A DNA stretch of 64,000 nt from Schizosaccharomyces osmophilus. Its lineage: Eukaryota. Positions within the stretch are counted from its first letter, which is position 1. The number at the start of each line of letters is the position of its first letter. Shown here one piece after another: positions 11,056-24,206 of this stretch. A program made the position numbers and the translations under genes. The DNA lies in the NCBI RefSeq assembly GCF_027921745.1, contig NC_079240.1, positions 1,178,001 through 1,242,000 of the forward strand, in the 5' to 3' direction. The notes beneath the pieces are model-generated. The model was not told the origin of the DNA. It did no database searches and saw nothing but the letters and a program-made list of their open reading frames with translations.

Positions 11056-13142
11056 TTAATAGACACGCTTGAATGGAGGAACAGCTTTAACCTCGCTTTC
11101 ATCCATAGTAGTGTTGACCACATTACGGTATTTTAAGGTAACAGGGTCAGTAGTATTTTGTTGCCAGGTCAAGGTATGCTTAATCCAGTTTCCATCATCT
11201 CTTTCAGGATAATCTTCACGAGCATGGGCACCACGAGACTCTTTACGATTTAAAGCGGAATGGGCGGTTTGAACGGCACAGGTCAAAAGGTTACGCAATT
11301 CCAAAGCTTCTATTAAATCAGTATTCCAAATTAAACCACGATCCTTGATACCGAGTTCGCTATAAGATTCGTCAACCTTTTGGATGTTGTTGACACCCTC
11401 TTGAAGGGTTTCTTCAGTACGGAAGACGGAAACGTCTCTTTGCATAGATCTCTGCATGTTAAGGCGAATTTCGCTAGTATGCTTGGGACCTTCTGAAGTA
11501 CGGACCTTATCAAGGAATTGCAAGGAATCAAGACCAGCATCGGCAGCCAAAGGCTTATGGGGAGCATTAGGCTCCAAAGTGTCCTTGATGTGCAAAGCAC
11601 AAGCTCTTCCGAAAACAACAATATCGAGCAAAGAGTTGGCACCCAAACGGTTACCACCGTGTACGGAAACACAGGCAGCTTCACCAGCTGCATACAAACC
11701 AGGCACAACTTTATCGTTTCCACTTTCGTCAACAGTAAGGACCTCACCGGTATAGCGAGTGGGGATACCTCCCATGTTGTAGTGAACGGTAGGCAAAACG
11801 GGAATAGGCTCTTTGGTAACATCAACACCGGCAAAAATGGCGGCGGTCTCGGAAATACCGGGAAGACGTTCCTTCAAAACCTCGGCGGGGAGGTGAGAAA
11901 GTTGCAAATAAATGTGATCCTTCTCAGGACCAACACCACGGCCTTCACGGATTTCGAGGGTCATGGAACGAGAAACAACATCACGGGAAGCAAGGTCCTT
12001 GGCGGTAGGGGCATAACGTTCCATGAATCTTTCACCCTTGTTGTTGAGCAAAAAGCCACCTTCACCACGGCTACCCTCGGTGATCAAGCACCCGGCGCCG
12101 TAAATACCGGTGGGATGGAATTGAACGAATTCAAGATCTTGCAAAGGAAGACCAGCACGAGAAACCATTGCATTACCATCACCAGTGCAGGTGTGGGCTG
12201 AGGTACAAGAGAAGTAAGAACGGCCGTATCCACCAGTAGCCAAGACGGTCTTGTGAGCTCTGAAGCGATGGATGCTACCATCTTCGAGGTTCATAGCAAT
12301 GACACCACGGCATTCACCGTTTTCCATTAACAAGTCCATGGCAAAGTATTCAATAAAAAAGTTGGTGTTGTGACGAAGAGATTGTCCGTAAAGAGTATGA
12401 AGAAGGGAATGACCAGTACGGTCGGCAACAGCAGCACAACGATAAGCTTGACCGCCCTTACCAAATTCCAAAGATTGACCGCCAAAAGCACGTTGATAAA
12501 TTTTACCTTCTTTAGTTCTAGAAAAAGGGACACCAAAATGTTCTAATTCCAAAACAGCAGCTGGAGCTTCTTTAGTCATGTAATGGATAGCGTCTTGATC
12601 ACCAAGCCAATCGGAACCCTTCACAGTATCGTAAAAATGCCAACGCCAGTCATCCTTGGTCATATTACCCAAAGCGGCATTGATACCACCTTGTGCTGCG
12701 ACGGTGTGAGATCTGGTGGGAAACAACTTGGTGATACAAGCAGTTTTAAAGCCAGCTTCGGCTAATCCAAAAGTAGCTCGGAGACCCGCACCTCCTGCGC
12801 CTACGACAATAGCATCGTAAGTGTGGTCGATAATCGGGTACTTTACTTGTTCGGGGGTGGAGGCTTGTTTAGCACGTAAAGGCTAGCACAAGTTAGTTTT
12901 CTTTGTACTTGGAACATAATACTATTGAAAGTTTGGTATTCAGCTAAACATTTCGTCCTTCAACCGTAGGAACGGAACAGTACCGCCTGAGTTGTTCACC
13001 GACCCAACAAGGCCTAACCGACCAAAACCAAATGTTGACATACCTGAGTTGACTGAACCTGTCTTAAACAAACATTTGTTGAAAATAATCTAGCATTTAC
13101 ACCTTTTTCAACCGCTATTTTAATTGTTTTGAACCGATGCAT
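11056..13142 (-). CDS. sdh1: Succinate dehydrogenase flavoprotein subunit; intron 12883-13043
   Basis: GAGGAG FAD motif, [19 protein letters not shown]-terminal mitochondrial presequence exon. Confidence 0.97.
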
Positions 13143-14049
13143 TCTTTAAGAGGGGGAGATGGTGGAAGAGTAATTGTCTCACTCATTGGTGTTGTACATG
13201 TAAATTAAATCTCGTTAAACTAGGTATAGGACGTAAAGGTAACCAAGTACTCTCGATAGCAAATACTTTTATAGTAAATTCCGCCTTTTCTATTTCTAGC
13301 TATGTAATTGGTTGTAGATAATTCATTCTAGCGGATCTATGGTTGGATTCTTACGATGAACCTTCTTGTTACCGATGCCACAAGTACCGTAAGAGATAGT
13401 ACCTACCCGCTCTTCATTCCTCCTATATTCCCATACTATATAAGACCAGTCAAGGTCAGTCTAGGATCAGTGGTATGTTGAAATTTCCTTGTTTATTGGG
13501 AGGGTATACCACTGTAGGTAGTAGTAGTAGTAGTAATAAGTATGTATGTATGTATGTATGTATAGGAGGTTTTGATGGGAAAAGCGAGAAAAGAGAATAA
13601 GAATGAATGGATAGTTTGAAATGTAAAAATGTAAAAAAGAAAAAAGGAAGAGGAAAAGAAGAAGAAAAAAAAATAGGAAATTGTATATGATTGGAACTCG
13701 TTTGTTTGTGTGGTAGAGAAACAGTTTACGACTCAATAAAGTATTGTAGAGAGTACTCCTGGTGAAATAGGAGGAAAGAGATTTTGTAAAAATAGTTCAA
13801 GCATGCGAGAGAAAAAGGGATCCATCCGATGTGTTACGAGATTAGCCCGTGCAATGCAATGCAATCCAAGCAAGGAGCGTATTTTTCTGTGGCCTTGAAA
13901 CGATGAGAATTCTATAAGAAAATATTTCTTATTTGTCGAAAGATAGATCGCTTTCTTTTTGTATACAAATTGTATTGTATAGCATTCACCGTCATCAATC
14001 TATCCTCAAACGCAAGCCAACCCTAGGTGGAAAATTCGCAAACAGCAGA

Positions 14050-15046
14050 ATGATTTTGACGAGGTCCATGCAACCGTTGTTTCGTGGCAATCGTCCAAGA
14101 TCCCTACAATGGATAAAAAAGAATTTCATCTATACGATTAGCTCAGCAACGAGTTTTCAAAAAAAGCCATCCGTTTTTGAGGATTCCGAACCCCGTGACC
14201 ATCCTGATGCCGGAGAAGATGCCTTTACTAACCTAGAAGATTCAAAATTTGGTTTCAATGCCGTCTTAGACGGGGTCGGCGGCTGGACAAGTATTGGCGT
14301 CGACCCATCCAAGTTCTCTTGGGGACTGGTTCGAGAACTTGAAAGAGAATTCAAGCATTTCGGCGACGACAAGTTTCCTGATCCTCTTGCCATTTTGACA
14401 AATGCCTTTTCTTCCTTGAAGAAAAGCAATAGTGTAAAAGCCGGCTCTTCTACAGCATGCGCTACACTTTTCGACAAGCAATCAGGCAAGCTTCATTCGC
14501 TAAAGTAAGTTCAGCATTCTTTCCTTTACTAACACAGCATGAATAGTTTAGGTGATTCTGGATTTCTAATCCTTCGTAACGGATCCATATTTTATGAATC
14601 CCCTCCTCAGGTTCTTCAGTTCAATATGCCCTATCAACTCGCTATTTACCCATCCTCTTACGTTTCCAAGGATGAAATTACTCCTTATATGAGTGATCTA
14701 GCCAAACACCAACTTCAAAATGGGGACTTGGTCATTCTAGCTACAGATGGAGTGTTTGACAATTTGAACTCCCAATCCCTGCTAAAGGTTGCCAATCATG
14801 CACTTTCAGAATATTCTACAGATAAAAACTTTACAAAACAACTGGCGGATTCCATTTGCGACACTGCTGTCACAAACTCTAAGAATACAAGGTGGTATTC
14901 TCCGTTTTCTAAAGCAGCAAAGAATTATGGAATCTATTATCGTGGCGGGTAAGGCTATCTATAATAACCAATTTCTAATGCTTTTTTACAGAAAAATCGA
15001 CGATACTACCGTCACTTGCATGCTTGTTCAACATGCCTCAAGTTGA
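14050..15046 (+). CDS. azr1: PP2C-like (PTC7 family) phosphatase; introns 14505-14546, 14949-14991
   Basis: GEDA, DGVGGW, GSSTAC, NLGDSG, ATDGVFDN, GGKIDD motifs. Confidence 0.9.
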
Positions 15047-15095
15047 TTCTCTTCCATTTACGTTTGAACAACGGGAATCCGCTTTGCGCTAGCCT

Positions 15096-15697
15096 TTATT
15101 CCAAATCTTCAGGTCCAAAAGAATCTGGAAGCAGCTTAAAAAAAAAGTTAGTCTCATGCAAACCAAAATTCATATCACATACCTCTGCAATCGATTTCGT
15201 TTGAAAAGTACCGTCAGGATGAAAGAGAAATATATCAATGTCCTTGGAAAATTCTCGAATCCTAATGTTTATTAATTCCTATCGCTTTTGTAACGTTGCT
15301 TGTAGTTCACTTACGCTTGACGACAAATACCACATGGAGTAACTCTGCCTTTATCGCTCATAACTCCCAATGCCATAAAGCTCTTCTTTCCCATACTCTA
15401 AAATAAGAGTTTTGTCAGCTGAGTTTCTTGTCTAGTTTTCCTTACCACTGCTTTCGTTATTGCAACTCTCTCGGCACACACGCCGGCGCTATAAGACGCG
15501 TTTTCAACTACAAAGTAAGCCAGAATCCACAAATAAAAAGGGAAAAAAAATTCCATACCATTTGCGCCGTACACAAATGTTTTTCCATCATCGCATAAAA
15601 CACAAGCTCCTACTGCAAACATTGAATATGGACAGTAGGAATAATTTAAGCTGAGCTTTACGTGTTCAAATAATTGTTTTACAAGTTCCTGATTCAT
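15096..15697 (-). CDS. cdd1: Cytidine deaminase (multi-intron)
   Basis: SYCPYS.F.VGA, ENASY...[20 protein letters not shown]. Confidence 0.92.
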
Positions 15698-16003
15698 AAT
15701 TCGACGACTCTCAGTCCTTTTGTCTTTAAAAAATAAAAATAAAAAATTGATGGTGTAGAGTATTTATTCCCTTTTCACATTACCACTGTTGTTTATACGA
15801 TAGTCTGGTAAAGCAATGGTACACGAAATCAACTTCCGCGGTCTACCAGCGGCTTCACCGTTCTTTTAAATTGAATTTACAAAATTTATAAATATGAGAT
15901 GAATTTCAAAACTACTCGGAAAAGAAAGAGAAAAAACCGGTTTAAACCAACCACCAAAAACCTTTTATTAAATATGAAAGTGTTTGAAAAGTCAATTCTG
16001 TTA

Positions 16004-16425
16004 TCACCGCTCTTTTAGCATTTTGTTGCGCTTTTCCCTACGTCTCCGACGGTCAATAACTTTTTGATGAAGCTTAGATTGCAAAAGCTCCATTCGTTCC
16101 TTTTCAGCTTTAGCCTCGCGACGTGCACGAATTTTCTGAGCATTTGCCTAAATACATGTCAATAAAAGACCAAACATTTTGGGACACCATTGCACGTACA
16201 GATCTCTCCTCTTCTTTTTCATCTCTCAACTTTTGTTCACGATCTTTTGACTCCTGTACTCTTCTTTTCTCTTCCATTCGCTTCTCATATGAAGTTTTTT
16301 GCGTGGGAGCCAATCCTGACCGACGATACGCCACCTTCTCTGCTTTCCAAGGTTTCCCTGTTTGTTAGAGTCAATTAATTCCAATCATTATTTTTCTTAC
16401 CTGAAACGACACTCTTTCCTGCCAT
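16004..16425 (-). CDS. cgr1: Ribosome biogenesis protein Cgr1 (2 introns)
   Basis: VSGKPWK N-terminus, K/R/E-rich helix, RRREKRNKMLKER C-terminus. Confidence 0.88.
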
Positions 16426-16531
16426 TCTGAAAATTGGTTATGGTTAGGTGTTGCATGAACTCTTATTTGGGTAAGAAGTTGCAGGATTAAATCTCGCTAA
16501 ACATCGTTAAATATGTCTTAGATGGAATATT

Positions 16532-16899
16532 TGTTTGTTTACATTTTCAATGATGTACATTGAATAAATAAAAGAAAGGTATACGTGAAATGATTTTGTT
16601 GTTCAAATTACAAGTTGTAAAATTCTTGATGCTAATAAATAATCATTTCGGTAATAAAACTAATTATGAGTTTGCTGCTCAGCTCATCATTTTGGTTTAC
16701 TAGTCCGTAAGAATCTATAATGTATGTAAACTACGAGGCAAGTACTAAGCACGGTATTGATTAAATAAAACTGTTCGTTTCCCTATTCCATTTTGAATAA
16801 AAATGCAAAGGGAGGAGTAGCTATGGTTACCTGTGTTGTTTATACATATTTGTTTACAAGAGGGTTGTTTTCGCATCTAAAAATTCCAAAGCGTAAACA
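16532..16899. promoter_or_regulatory. Forkhead/FLEX (Mei4-type) sites upstream of the meu1-like gene
   Basis: TGTTTGTTTAC 16532-16542, TTGTTTAC 16850-16857, GTAAACA 16893-16899. Confidence 0.6.
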
Positions 16900-17036
16900 T
16901 CCGATTTAACAAGAGCCAAACTTAGCAATACTATTCTTTTTATTGGAAACTAGTAAATTGATAATCGCGATCTGACTCAAAACAATCGGATTCTTTGGAG
17001 AAGTGTATTGAACCAGTGAACAAGGAAGAATTCAAC

Positions 17037-19469
17037 ATGATTTCTACAATCAGAGTCATCGAAGATAAACAATGTCAAAGTCTTATAGAAAAAAAAACAG
17101 AAGAATACGAAAGTACTCGCGTAAAGGACATTACCCAGCTGATTACCAGCGATGAAGCCGTTAGCTTGATGAGTGTTGATACCACAGATATGAAGACTGT
17201 TGTGAAGATTGAACACCTCATTAAAAATGTCCTACAGTTCATACAAGAAAAGAACCAGGCCATGTTTAATCTAGAATGCAAACTGATTTGCTCCAAATAC
17301 GCATTCCAAATATCGGATTCAAAAAACAAGGCTCTTCAAACAGAACAAGAAAGCCTAAAGGAAAGTCAACATTCCATGAAAGTCAAGAATTTCCAAAACG
17401 AGCATAAGATTAAGCCTTTAGTAAATAAACAAAAAGAGTTGGAAATGGACGTGTTTCAATTAACGACGGAAAAGAAGATGCAACAATCAAAGATACAGCA
17501 ACAGGGTAAAGAAATATTTTCCCTTGCCTCTCAATGTGAGAGATTGAAACGGCGGTTGAATTCAGTCAACGAAGATAACTACAAACATCAGCACAACCTA
17601 GCTATTCTGAAGGATGTGTTGAAAATTAAAGAGGAAGAGAGCAAGCAATTATATAAGGAAAGGAAGACCTTTATTGCAAGCATTGATCGAGCAAATTTTG
17701 AAGCCGAGCAAATGAAATTTCAACTAGAAAAGCATTCAGAAGAAGACATTCTGACAAGAACTAGCGTCGATAATCTTTCTAACATGATAAATGTTATTCG
17801 AAATGACTGTCAAAAAGTTGAGGAAGAGAACCGAATCCTTAATATGGAAAAAAGTCAAATGACCCAAAAAGTACTGGCTTTGGAAAACGACTTGGAGGAG
17901 TTGGAAATAACTTGTCAGATTTTCAAAGAAGAGATCGAAATATCAGAGAAAGAAAATGAAGATTTGAGAAAGACATTGAAAGGACGAAAACAACTGCAGC
18001 CAATTTCTGAAGAAGCACACAGTGTCATCCCAAGCGAAGAAAATTTAGAGAGCGACAGGCAAAGGAAACTATTGAAAAAGATTGAAGAAGAGATTGATGA
18101 ACATGAGATGAAAGAACAAAGCACAAAATTGGAAAAGAAATACGAGGAAATGACTAGTGCTTTGGACAAATCTCAACAAGAATCCACAACCTTAAAGGAC
18201 GAGAAGAAAAAAACAATGGATGAGAATTCAAAATTAAAAGATGCGATGAAAGAATTGGAGATGCAAAGTGAACAGGCCAAAAAAGAAAACGAGAAATTGA
18301 CCTGTGAAATCAATAATTTAACTCATGAAAATGATAGCATCAAAGAAAAAGATGCAAAACTGAAATTCCTTCAAGAGAAATGTACAAACACCGTTAAAAA
18401 ATTCAAAGATTTGACTCTGGACCATGCCAGACAAACTGTGAAAGCCGAGTCCCTTGCTTTAAAATGTCAAACATTGGAATCTGAATTAAAGGAGAAAGAA
18501 GCGCAATGGAAAAAATCTTCTTCGTTTCGATTGCAAGAAATAAAAACCCTAAATGGACAGATTCATGATCAATTTGTTCAACTCGAGACCTTGCAAAAAT
18601 CCAATGACAGCCTAGTGAAGCAAGTACAAGAAAAACCAGATAAAACAACGCTTGAAACTCTTAAAATGACGCTTCTAGTCCGACAAAAGCATGTTTCATT
18701 TTTGGAAAAAGAGAATCAAAAGCTACAAAAGCTTTATGACGTACAAAAACAACGATACGGTTATTATCAGAATTCCATACAAAGCATTTCAAACGAAAGA
18801 ATACATTACTACGAAAACGAAATTCAAATACTTCAGAATCAGATTTATATGTTTACCTTGGAAGTACAAAACAGTGAAATTCAACGCGACTTAACGAAGT
18901 TGAAATTGAATAAAAGCCGGCTCAACGATCAAAACAAACTTGGAAATAACCAAATATTCGTCTACATGTCTGCCTTTGAAATACGCAACTCCCGCATGAG
19001 CTTACTATCCCAAGAGGACAAGGAGAACTGTTCTCAAATAACAAGTAAAGGAGAACGTTTTATGAACCCTGAAAACGTTCAAAGAGCCGGTTTGCAAGAT
19101 CTGGAAACCTTTGATAAAACAAACATACTTCAAAACGAGAACCGACAAGCAATTGAAACCGCAAATCAAAATTACGATAAAACAAACATGATACATGGAA
19201 ATGAAATGTCAAAAGAAATGGTTGATGATGAATATGAATTAGAATTAAACCAAGAAGAACCTACAGACGTGAATGAAGAAAATACGGCAAAGGAGGCATG
19301 CTTGTTTTACTCTGAAGAAGAAAAAAGCCAACTTCCAGGGTTTATTGCGGATGCGAAACCCGCAAATTACAATCTGTTTACTTGTTGTCAAGGTGCAACG
19401 GAAGGGGTATCAAACAAAAAAAAGGAACTATCAAAAAAGAAATTGGTTCATCAACTGTTTCGTTCTTAG
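17037..19469 (+). CDS. Long coiled-coil protein, syntenic with S. pombe meiotic meu1
   Basis: ~810-aa E/K/Q-rich ORF from first ATG; lies between cgr1 and pmm1; FLEX sites upstream. Confidence 0.75.
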   Translation: MISTIRVIEDKQCQSLIEKKTEEYESTRVKDITQLITSDEAVSLMSVDTTDMKTVVKIEHLIKNVLQFIQEKNQAMFNLECKLICSKYAFQISDSKNKALQTEQESLKESQHSMKVKNFQNEHKIKPLVNKQKELEMDVFQLTTEKKMQQSKIQQQGKEIFSLASQCERLKRRLNSVNEDNYKHQHNLAILKDVLKIKEEESKQLYKERKTFIASIDRANFEAEQMKFQLEKHSEEDILTRTSVDNLSNMINVIRNDCQKVEEENRILNMEKSQMTQKVLALENDLEELEITCQIFKEEIEISEKENEDLRKTLKGRKQLQPISEEAHSVIPSEENLESDRQRKLLKKIEEEIDEHEMKEQSTKLEKKYEEMTSALDKSQQESTTLKDEKKKTMDENSKLKDAMKELEMQSEQAKKENEKLTCEINNLTHENDSIKEKDAKLKFLQEKCTNTVKKFKDLTLDHARQTVKAESLALKCQTLESELKEKEAQWKKSSSFRLQEIKTLNGQIHDQFVQLETLQKSNDSLVKQVQEKPDKTTLETLKMTLLVRQKHVSFLEKENQKLQKLYDVQKQRYGYYQNSIQSISNERIHYYENEIQILQNQIYMFTLEVQNSEIQRDLTKLKLNKSRLNDQNKLGNNQIFVYMSAFEIRNSRMSLLSQEDKENCSQITSKGERFMNPENVQRAGLQDLETFDKTNILQNENRQAIETANQNYDKTNMIHGNEMSKEMVDDEYELELNQEEPTDVNEENTAKEACLFYSEEEKSQLPGFIADAKPANYNLFTCCQGATEGVSNKKKELSKKKLVHQLFRS

Positions 19470-20503
19470 TGATTACATCTCTTTAAACTTTGAAATTGTC
19501 TCCTTCTAAACCGCATTCTATTCAGCTGTCAGTAAGAATTAATTATTTATTAAACTGTCAGATATACTATGTATTGTATCATAATAAGATGAATAAACAA
19601 ATTTTCATAATTGGGTGAAGACTTAGGGAAACAGGTGTTATGAGAAAACCAATTTGTAAATTGTCAGGGACAGATTTCAACTTTCGACAGCAAATCGAAC
19701 ATATGACAATGCATTCTTAACAGTTAAAGGCCTTACATGCGTCGTTTAGCTCGAATTCGGATAGTTGCATCTGAACAGAAACATGAAAGTCCTGAATATG
19801 CTTATAAAATGAAGAGCGTTCAAACCATTATGTTATTATTCTTTATGCAAGCGATAAGATTCGTAAGAGCATATATGCATACACCAAGTAAGTATCTTGC
19901 TACGTTTAAAAATAAAAGAATACATCTTTGAAACAATACGATATCGGTTGTTTTTAAAAGTTTGACGATGCTAGTTACTAATTGTGTCTACATCAATATT
20001 AAGGAATTTCGATAAGTCAATGACTCCTTTATATCTCGTACAGCATCTCATTTACTTTCTCTAACATTAAGTTAGGCTTCTATTTAATGTACATAATTCT
20101 TAAAAATAAGAGCATATGCTGTTACCAACAATAAAATGTAAAGTTTATAATACAATCATATACTTTTAAAATACAGCATATTATTTATATGTGCATGTAA
20201 AAAAGTAATATGATTATATAGTATTTAGGAGATGAATTATTACTTTAGAGTGCTCAATATAAGCCACTAGCTGTGTCTGGGTTGAAGAAAATGGGGAAAT
20301 AATTAGTATAGAATAATAAAGTACCAAATTTCATTCATTCTTTCTATCTTTAATACTTGAATAAAATAAGTTGCTTGTTATACTGCTTGAAGTATTGCCT
20401 ATGGCTAATATTTTGATATCACTTTCAAGCCGCAGTATGCTATATTGACTGTGTCAACCTGAAAACGCACTTTACCACAACAACACTTTTGATATAAGAA
20501 AAA

Positions 20504-21464
20504 ATGGTGCTAGTCCCTATAGAACAACGTAAATTTCCCAAGACTTTAGTTTTATTTGATGTCGATGGAACTTTGACTCCTGCTCGTTTGGTATGTAAAC
20601 GAATTTTTTGCAAGCGGTTTTAGAAGAGACTGTTGCTTTTAATTCCTCTTTATAAAGTTGTTAACTACTATTTACTTGCTTTATTTTTGTTCATTTTGCT
20701 TTGTAAAGCAAATGAAACGAGTCCTTCTGCTATGCTGACGTTTCTATAATTCAAAATATGCTAACTATCAAATTTAGAGCATCTCTCCTGAAATGCTTGA
20801 TTGCTTGCAGAAGCTTCGTCAAATCGTTGCTGTTGGGTTTGTTGGCGGCAGTGATTTGAACAAACAACAAGAACAGCTCAGTGTTAGTGGGGAAAATGTC
20901 GTCAACTCTTTCGATTACTCTTTTGCTGAGAATGGATTAACTGCTTACCGCTATGGTGAGCAGCTTGCCAGTCAATCATTTATCCAGTATATTGGTGAAG
21001 AAAGATACCAAAAGTTGGTGAACTTTTGTTTACACTACATTGCTGACTTGGACATCCCCATTAAGCGTGGTACTTTTGTTGAATTCCGTAATGGAATGGT
21101 CAATATTTCCCCCATTGGCCGTAATGCTAGTAATGAAGAGCGTCGAGAGTTTGAGCAATTTGACAAGGTTCACAACATCCGTTTGAAAATGGTATATGCC
21201 TTGCGCGAAAAATTTGGTGATTATGGCTTAACCTTCTCGATCGGTGGTCAGATTTCTTTTGATGCTTTCCCTACCGGTTGGGACAAGACTTACTGTCTTC
21301 AGCATATTCAAAAGGAAGGTTTTGAAACCATCCATTTCTTCGGTGACAAAACATTTACCGGAGGCAATGACTACGAAATTTATGAGGATCCTCGTACTAT
21401 TGGTCATACTGTAACTTGCCCTGAGGACACAATGAAGCAACTTCAAGAATTATTTTGCATTTAA
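20504..21464 (+). CDS. pmm1: Phosphomannomutase; intron 20591-20777
   Basis: [12 protein letters not shown] motif, [25 protein letters not shown]. Confidence 0.97.
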
Positions 21465-22029
21465 TCATCTTTCCTTGAATATCTGCAGTACCCAGCCATT
21501 CTTTTGACTATAGATGAAGTGGGTGCTCAAAACTCTAATTGTCTATGTCAAGTGGTCACGCGGGCAGGGCGAACGCCGTTCGATTACGGTTTTGAGTAGA
21601 ACTTGAATAAAATAGAATATTTCAAAGTATAGCATCCGTTTTTTATTTATTTTCGTAGGATATGTGTTTCGAATTGAAATATTGGCAATTTTATGATGTC
21701 CTAACAGCATCTGCTGGAAGTTTATTCATAAACATTACTAGTCCAATTTGAAGAGGATCATTAAGTTTCCATACTTATTTGAGAGTAAAGTAATATACTC
21801 AAAAAGTTATAACATTGAGAAGAGGTGCAGCACAGCCTTAACATGACCTCGACTTAATAGCAACCTAATTATTTAAGGATAGGCGGGGTTGTAAAACAGT
21901 ACCATCAAGTGTATTAAGAAGTACAAAGGATAGGAGAATAATCTCTAAAAAATAAACACATTATGCATTTACTTTTAAAATGAACGAGGATGATTTGAGT
22001 AGTAGTAGATTCAATTGATGGTATACACT

Positions 22030-23194
22030 TTAAAGTTGATCATCCACAATATAATTGAGTATATCGGAAAGGGATAAAATGCCTTTAAGGTGAAAATCCT
22101 CACTAACAACAAAAAGTCGATGCACTCTGGAATGTTTTATAGCGTCAAAAATACCATCAAGATGATCAGTATCGCGACAAGTATGTACACCGGCGAAATT
22201 TGATGGTCTTCTTAAAAGTGCCTCACCCACTGTTAGTTCTAAATTATTATAGTCACCATCTTGAATTAAATGCATAACATCAACAGATTCATAAACGTTT
22301 ATTAGGATCCCTAAAAGGAAGGTTTAGTAAATTACTTGAATGTAATTGGTTAAGCATACCCTCATCATTAACTATCGGAACAGCAGAGATGGCTTTCTCT
22401 GCAAGAGTTTGTATAACTGCGAAAACCTTCATATCCATTGTACTCGTAGCAATATTCGTCCATGTGCCAATTGGTAATTCGTTAAGCGGCACCCGAAGCA
22501 TAGATGTTTCTTTACACTAGATAATGTTAATATTCATAGAAAATATTAGCGTGTACGAACATTCATCGAAATGAATTTTAGAATTCTATACTGAGTTAAG
22601 ACGGAAACAATCATTTCACTTCCTGTCTCGCCATCGACGTCAATCAGTGGCACACGTCGAGCACGGCTCTTAGACATTGCTAAACATGCTTCCATTAAAC
22701 TATGCATAGGATGAACGTGAAGGGTTTCGGGAGGAATAGCACCGATTTTCCGTTCAACCTCGCGAAGTCCCAAGAGACGGAATTTATCAATTTCAGCTAA
22801 GGTTTCTGGAACAGAACTACTTTGGTAGTAGTATTTAATAACATTGACAAAATCTGCCATAGTTAACAGACCAGCGAATCTATTTGCTTCGCTATCCCAT
22901 AACGGAGCGCTGACAATGTCTGAAAGAGTTAGTCTCAACAAACGCATGCTATAAACCAGATAGGATTCTTTAAATACTCACTGTTTAGAGCAAGGAGTGA
23001 CAATGAAGTTTTCACAAATAGTGTAACGTCGAAAACAATTAGGCGAAATGAAGTAGGCAAAACATCGTAACTTGTCCTTGAACGAATGAAGGCCTGAATT
23101 TCTTTCTAAGGACAATAGGATTAGTAAAGAAGCTAATGAAATCAATTCGTTATCATACAAGAGCTCCCTGTTGGGTCTCGTGAATGTCTGTCAT
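22030..23194 (-). CDS. cbs2: AMPK gamma subunit (CBS domains), multi-intron
   Basis: [34 protein letters not shown]...GILSLSDIL. Confidence 0.93.
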
Positions 23195-23699
23195 GACCTT
23201 GTCAAAGGATGTGGTAGTTGGTAGCTAATGTTGAAGAGCTAACTTCATCTGGAGATCGTTCGTAAGAAAGTTTCTTTTGCAACAATATAATTTATTTTTC
23301 AATAATTGAGCTAGAAACAAACCAAATTGCAATATTAAGCGGCCGACTGATCCCGAATCTCATACCTCTCGCTCTTTCGACTATTATGATTATTGAAAGC
23401 AACTACATGTATACTACTCAAAATAAATCAACCTATTGCACTCATTAATAAGGTGTTTTATTTTGAATTAATTGCTGCAACATTTTTACAACTATAGACA
23501 ATGCCAAGGAATAAACGATAGTATATTAATGAAACCCATTCTTTAAATTACTACTGCATAGCGATCTATTATTCAGAAACTTTCATTTCCTTCGTGCGGC
23601 TTATGCAAATTATGAAAGTAGTATTATTTATGTCCCATACAACATATTTTCAGACTACTTATCACCTTGATTTTCAACCAAAAAGTTTGGTTCCCTAGC

Positions 23700-24206
23700 T
23701 TAGAACTTTTCGGCATCAAGGCCGTCCTTGAAGAAGGTCATGTAGGGAGTAATGCCATCTTCACGGTAGTTCATCAACACAACCATAGCATCGGGATCCA
23801 TGCTTTCGCCAATGAAGAAGTCGTAGTCGTTGAAGTTGGCCAAGATCTTCTTGACATACTCAACAGCCTTCTTCTCAAAGATGGGAAGACGTTCAGGGTT
23901 CTTCTCTTGGAGACGACCCTTGATAGCCTTCATGTAACCCTTGATGTAGGACATGTAAGACTTCTTATCGAAGCTAGTGGGGTTCAAACGGAAAGAGTAC
24001 ACAAGGTTGTTAACGGTTTCGGTACCCTCTTCAGCACCATCGCCACCCTCTTCAGCAGAAGGGTTAGCACCAATGTCGATGTCACCACCTTGCTTGATGG
24101 TGACCATTTGGCAATCGGCTTCATAGACGATGTCATCGACTTCCTTCAAGCCGTAAGCATCAGAAACGAGCTCATCCCCAGAAATAACGTCCTTGAACAA
24201 AAGCAT
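23700..24206 (-). CDS. tma19: Translationally controlled tumor protein (TCTP)
   Basis: MLLFKDVISGDELVSD, IGANPSAEE, FFIGESMDPD; strong codon bias. Confidence 0.96.
   Translation of the reverse strand: MLLFKDVISGDELVSDAYGLKEVDDIVYEADCQMVTIKQGGDIDIGANPSAEEGGDGAEEGTETVNNLVYSFRLNPTSFDKKSYMSYIKGYMKAIKGRLQEKNPERLPIFEKKAVEYVKKILANFNDYDFFIGESMDPDAMVVLMNYREDGITPYMTFFKDGLDAEKF

Noticed and set aside
11518..12201. 227-aa antisense ORF in sdh1 (likewise 23667-24224 opposite TCTP)
   Set aside because: Antisense shadows of highly biased genes.
19660..20050. Possible solo LTR starting TGTCAG between the meu1-like gene and pmm1
   Set aside because: No convincing right end or TSD.
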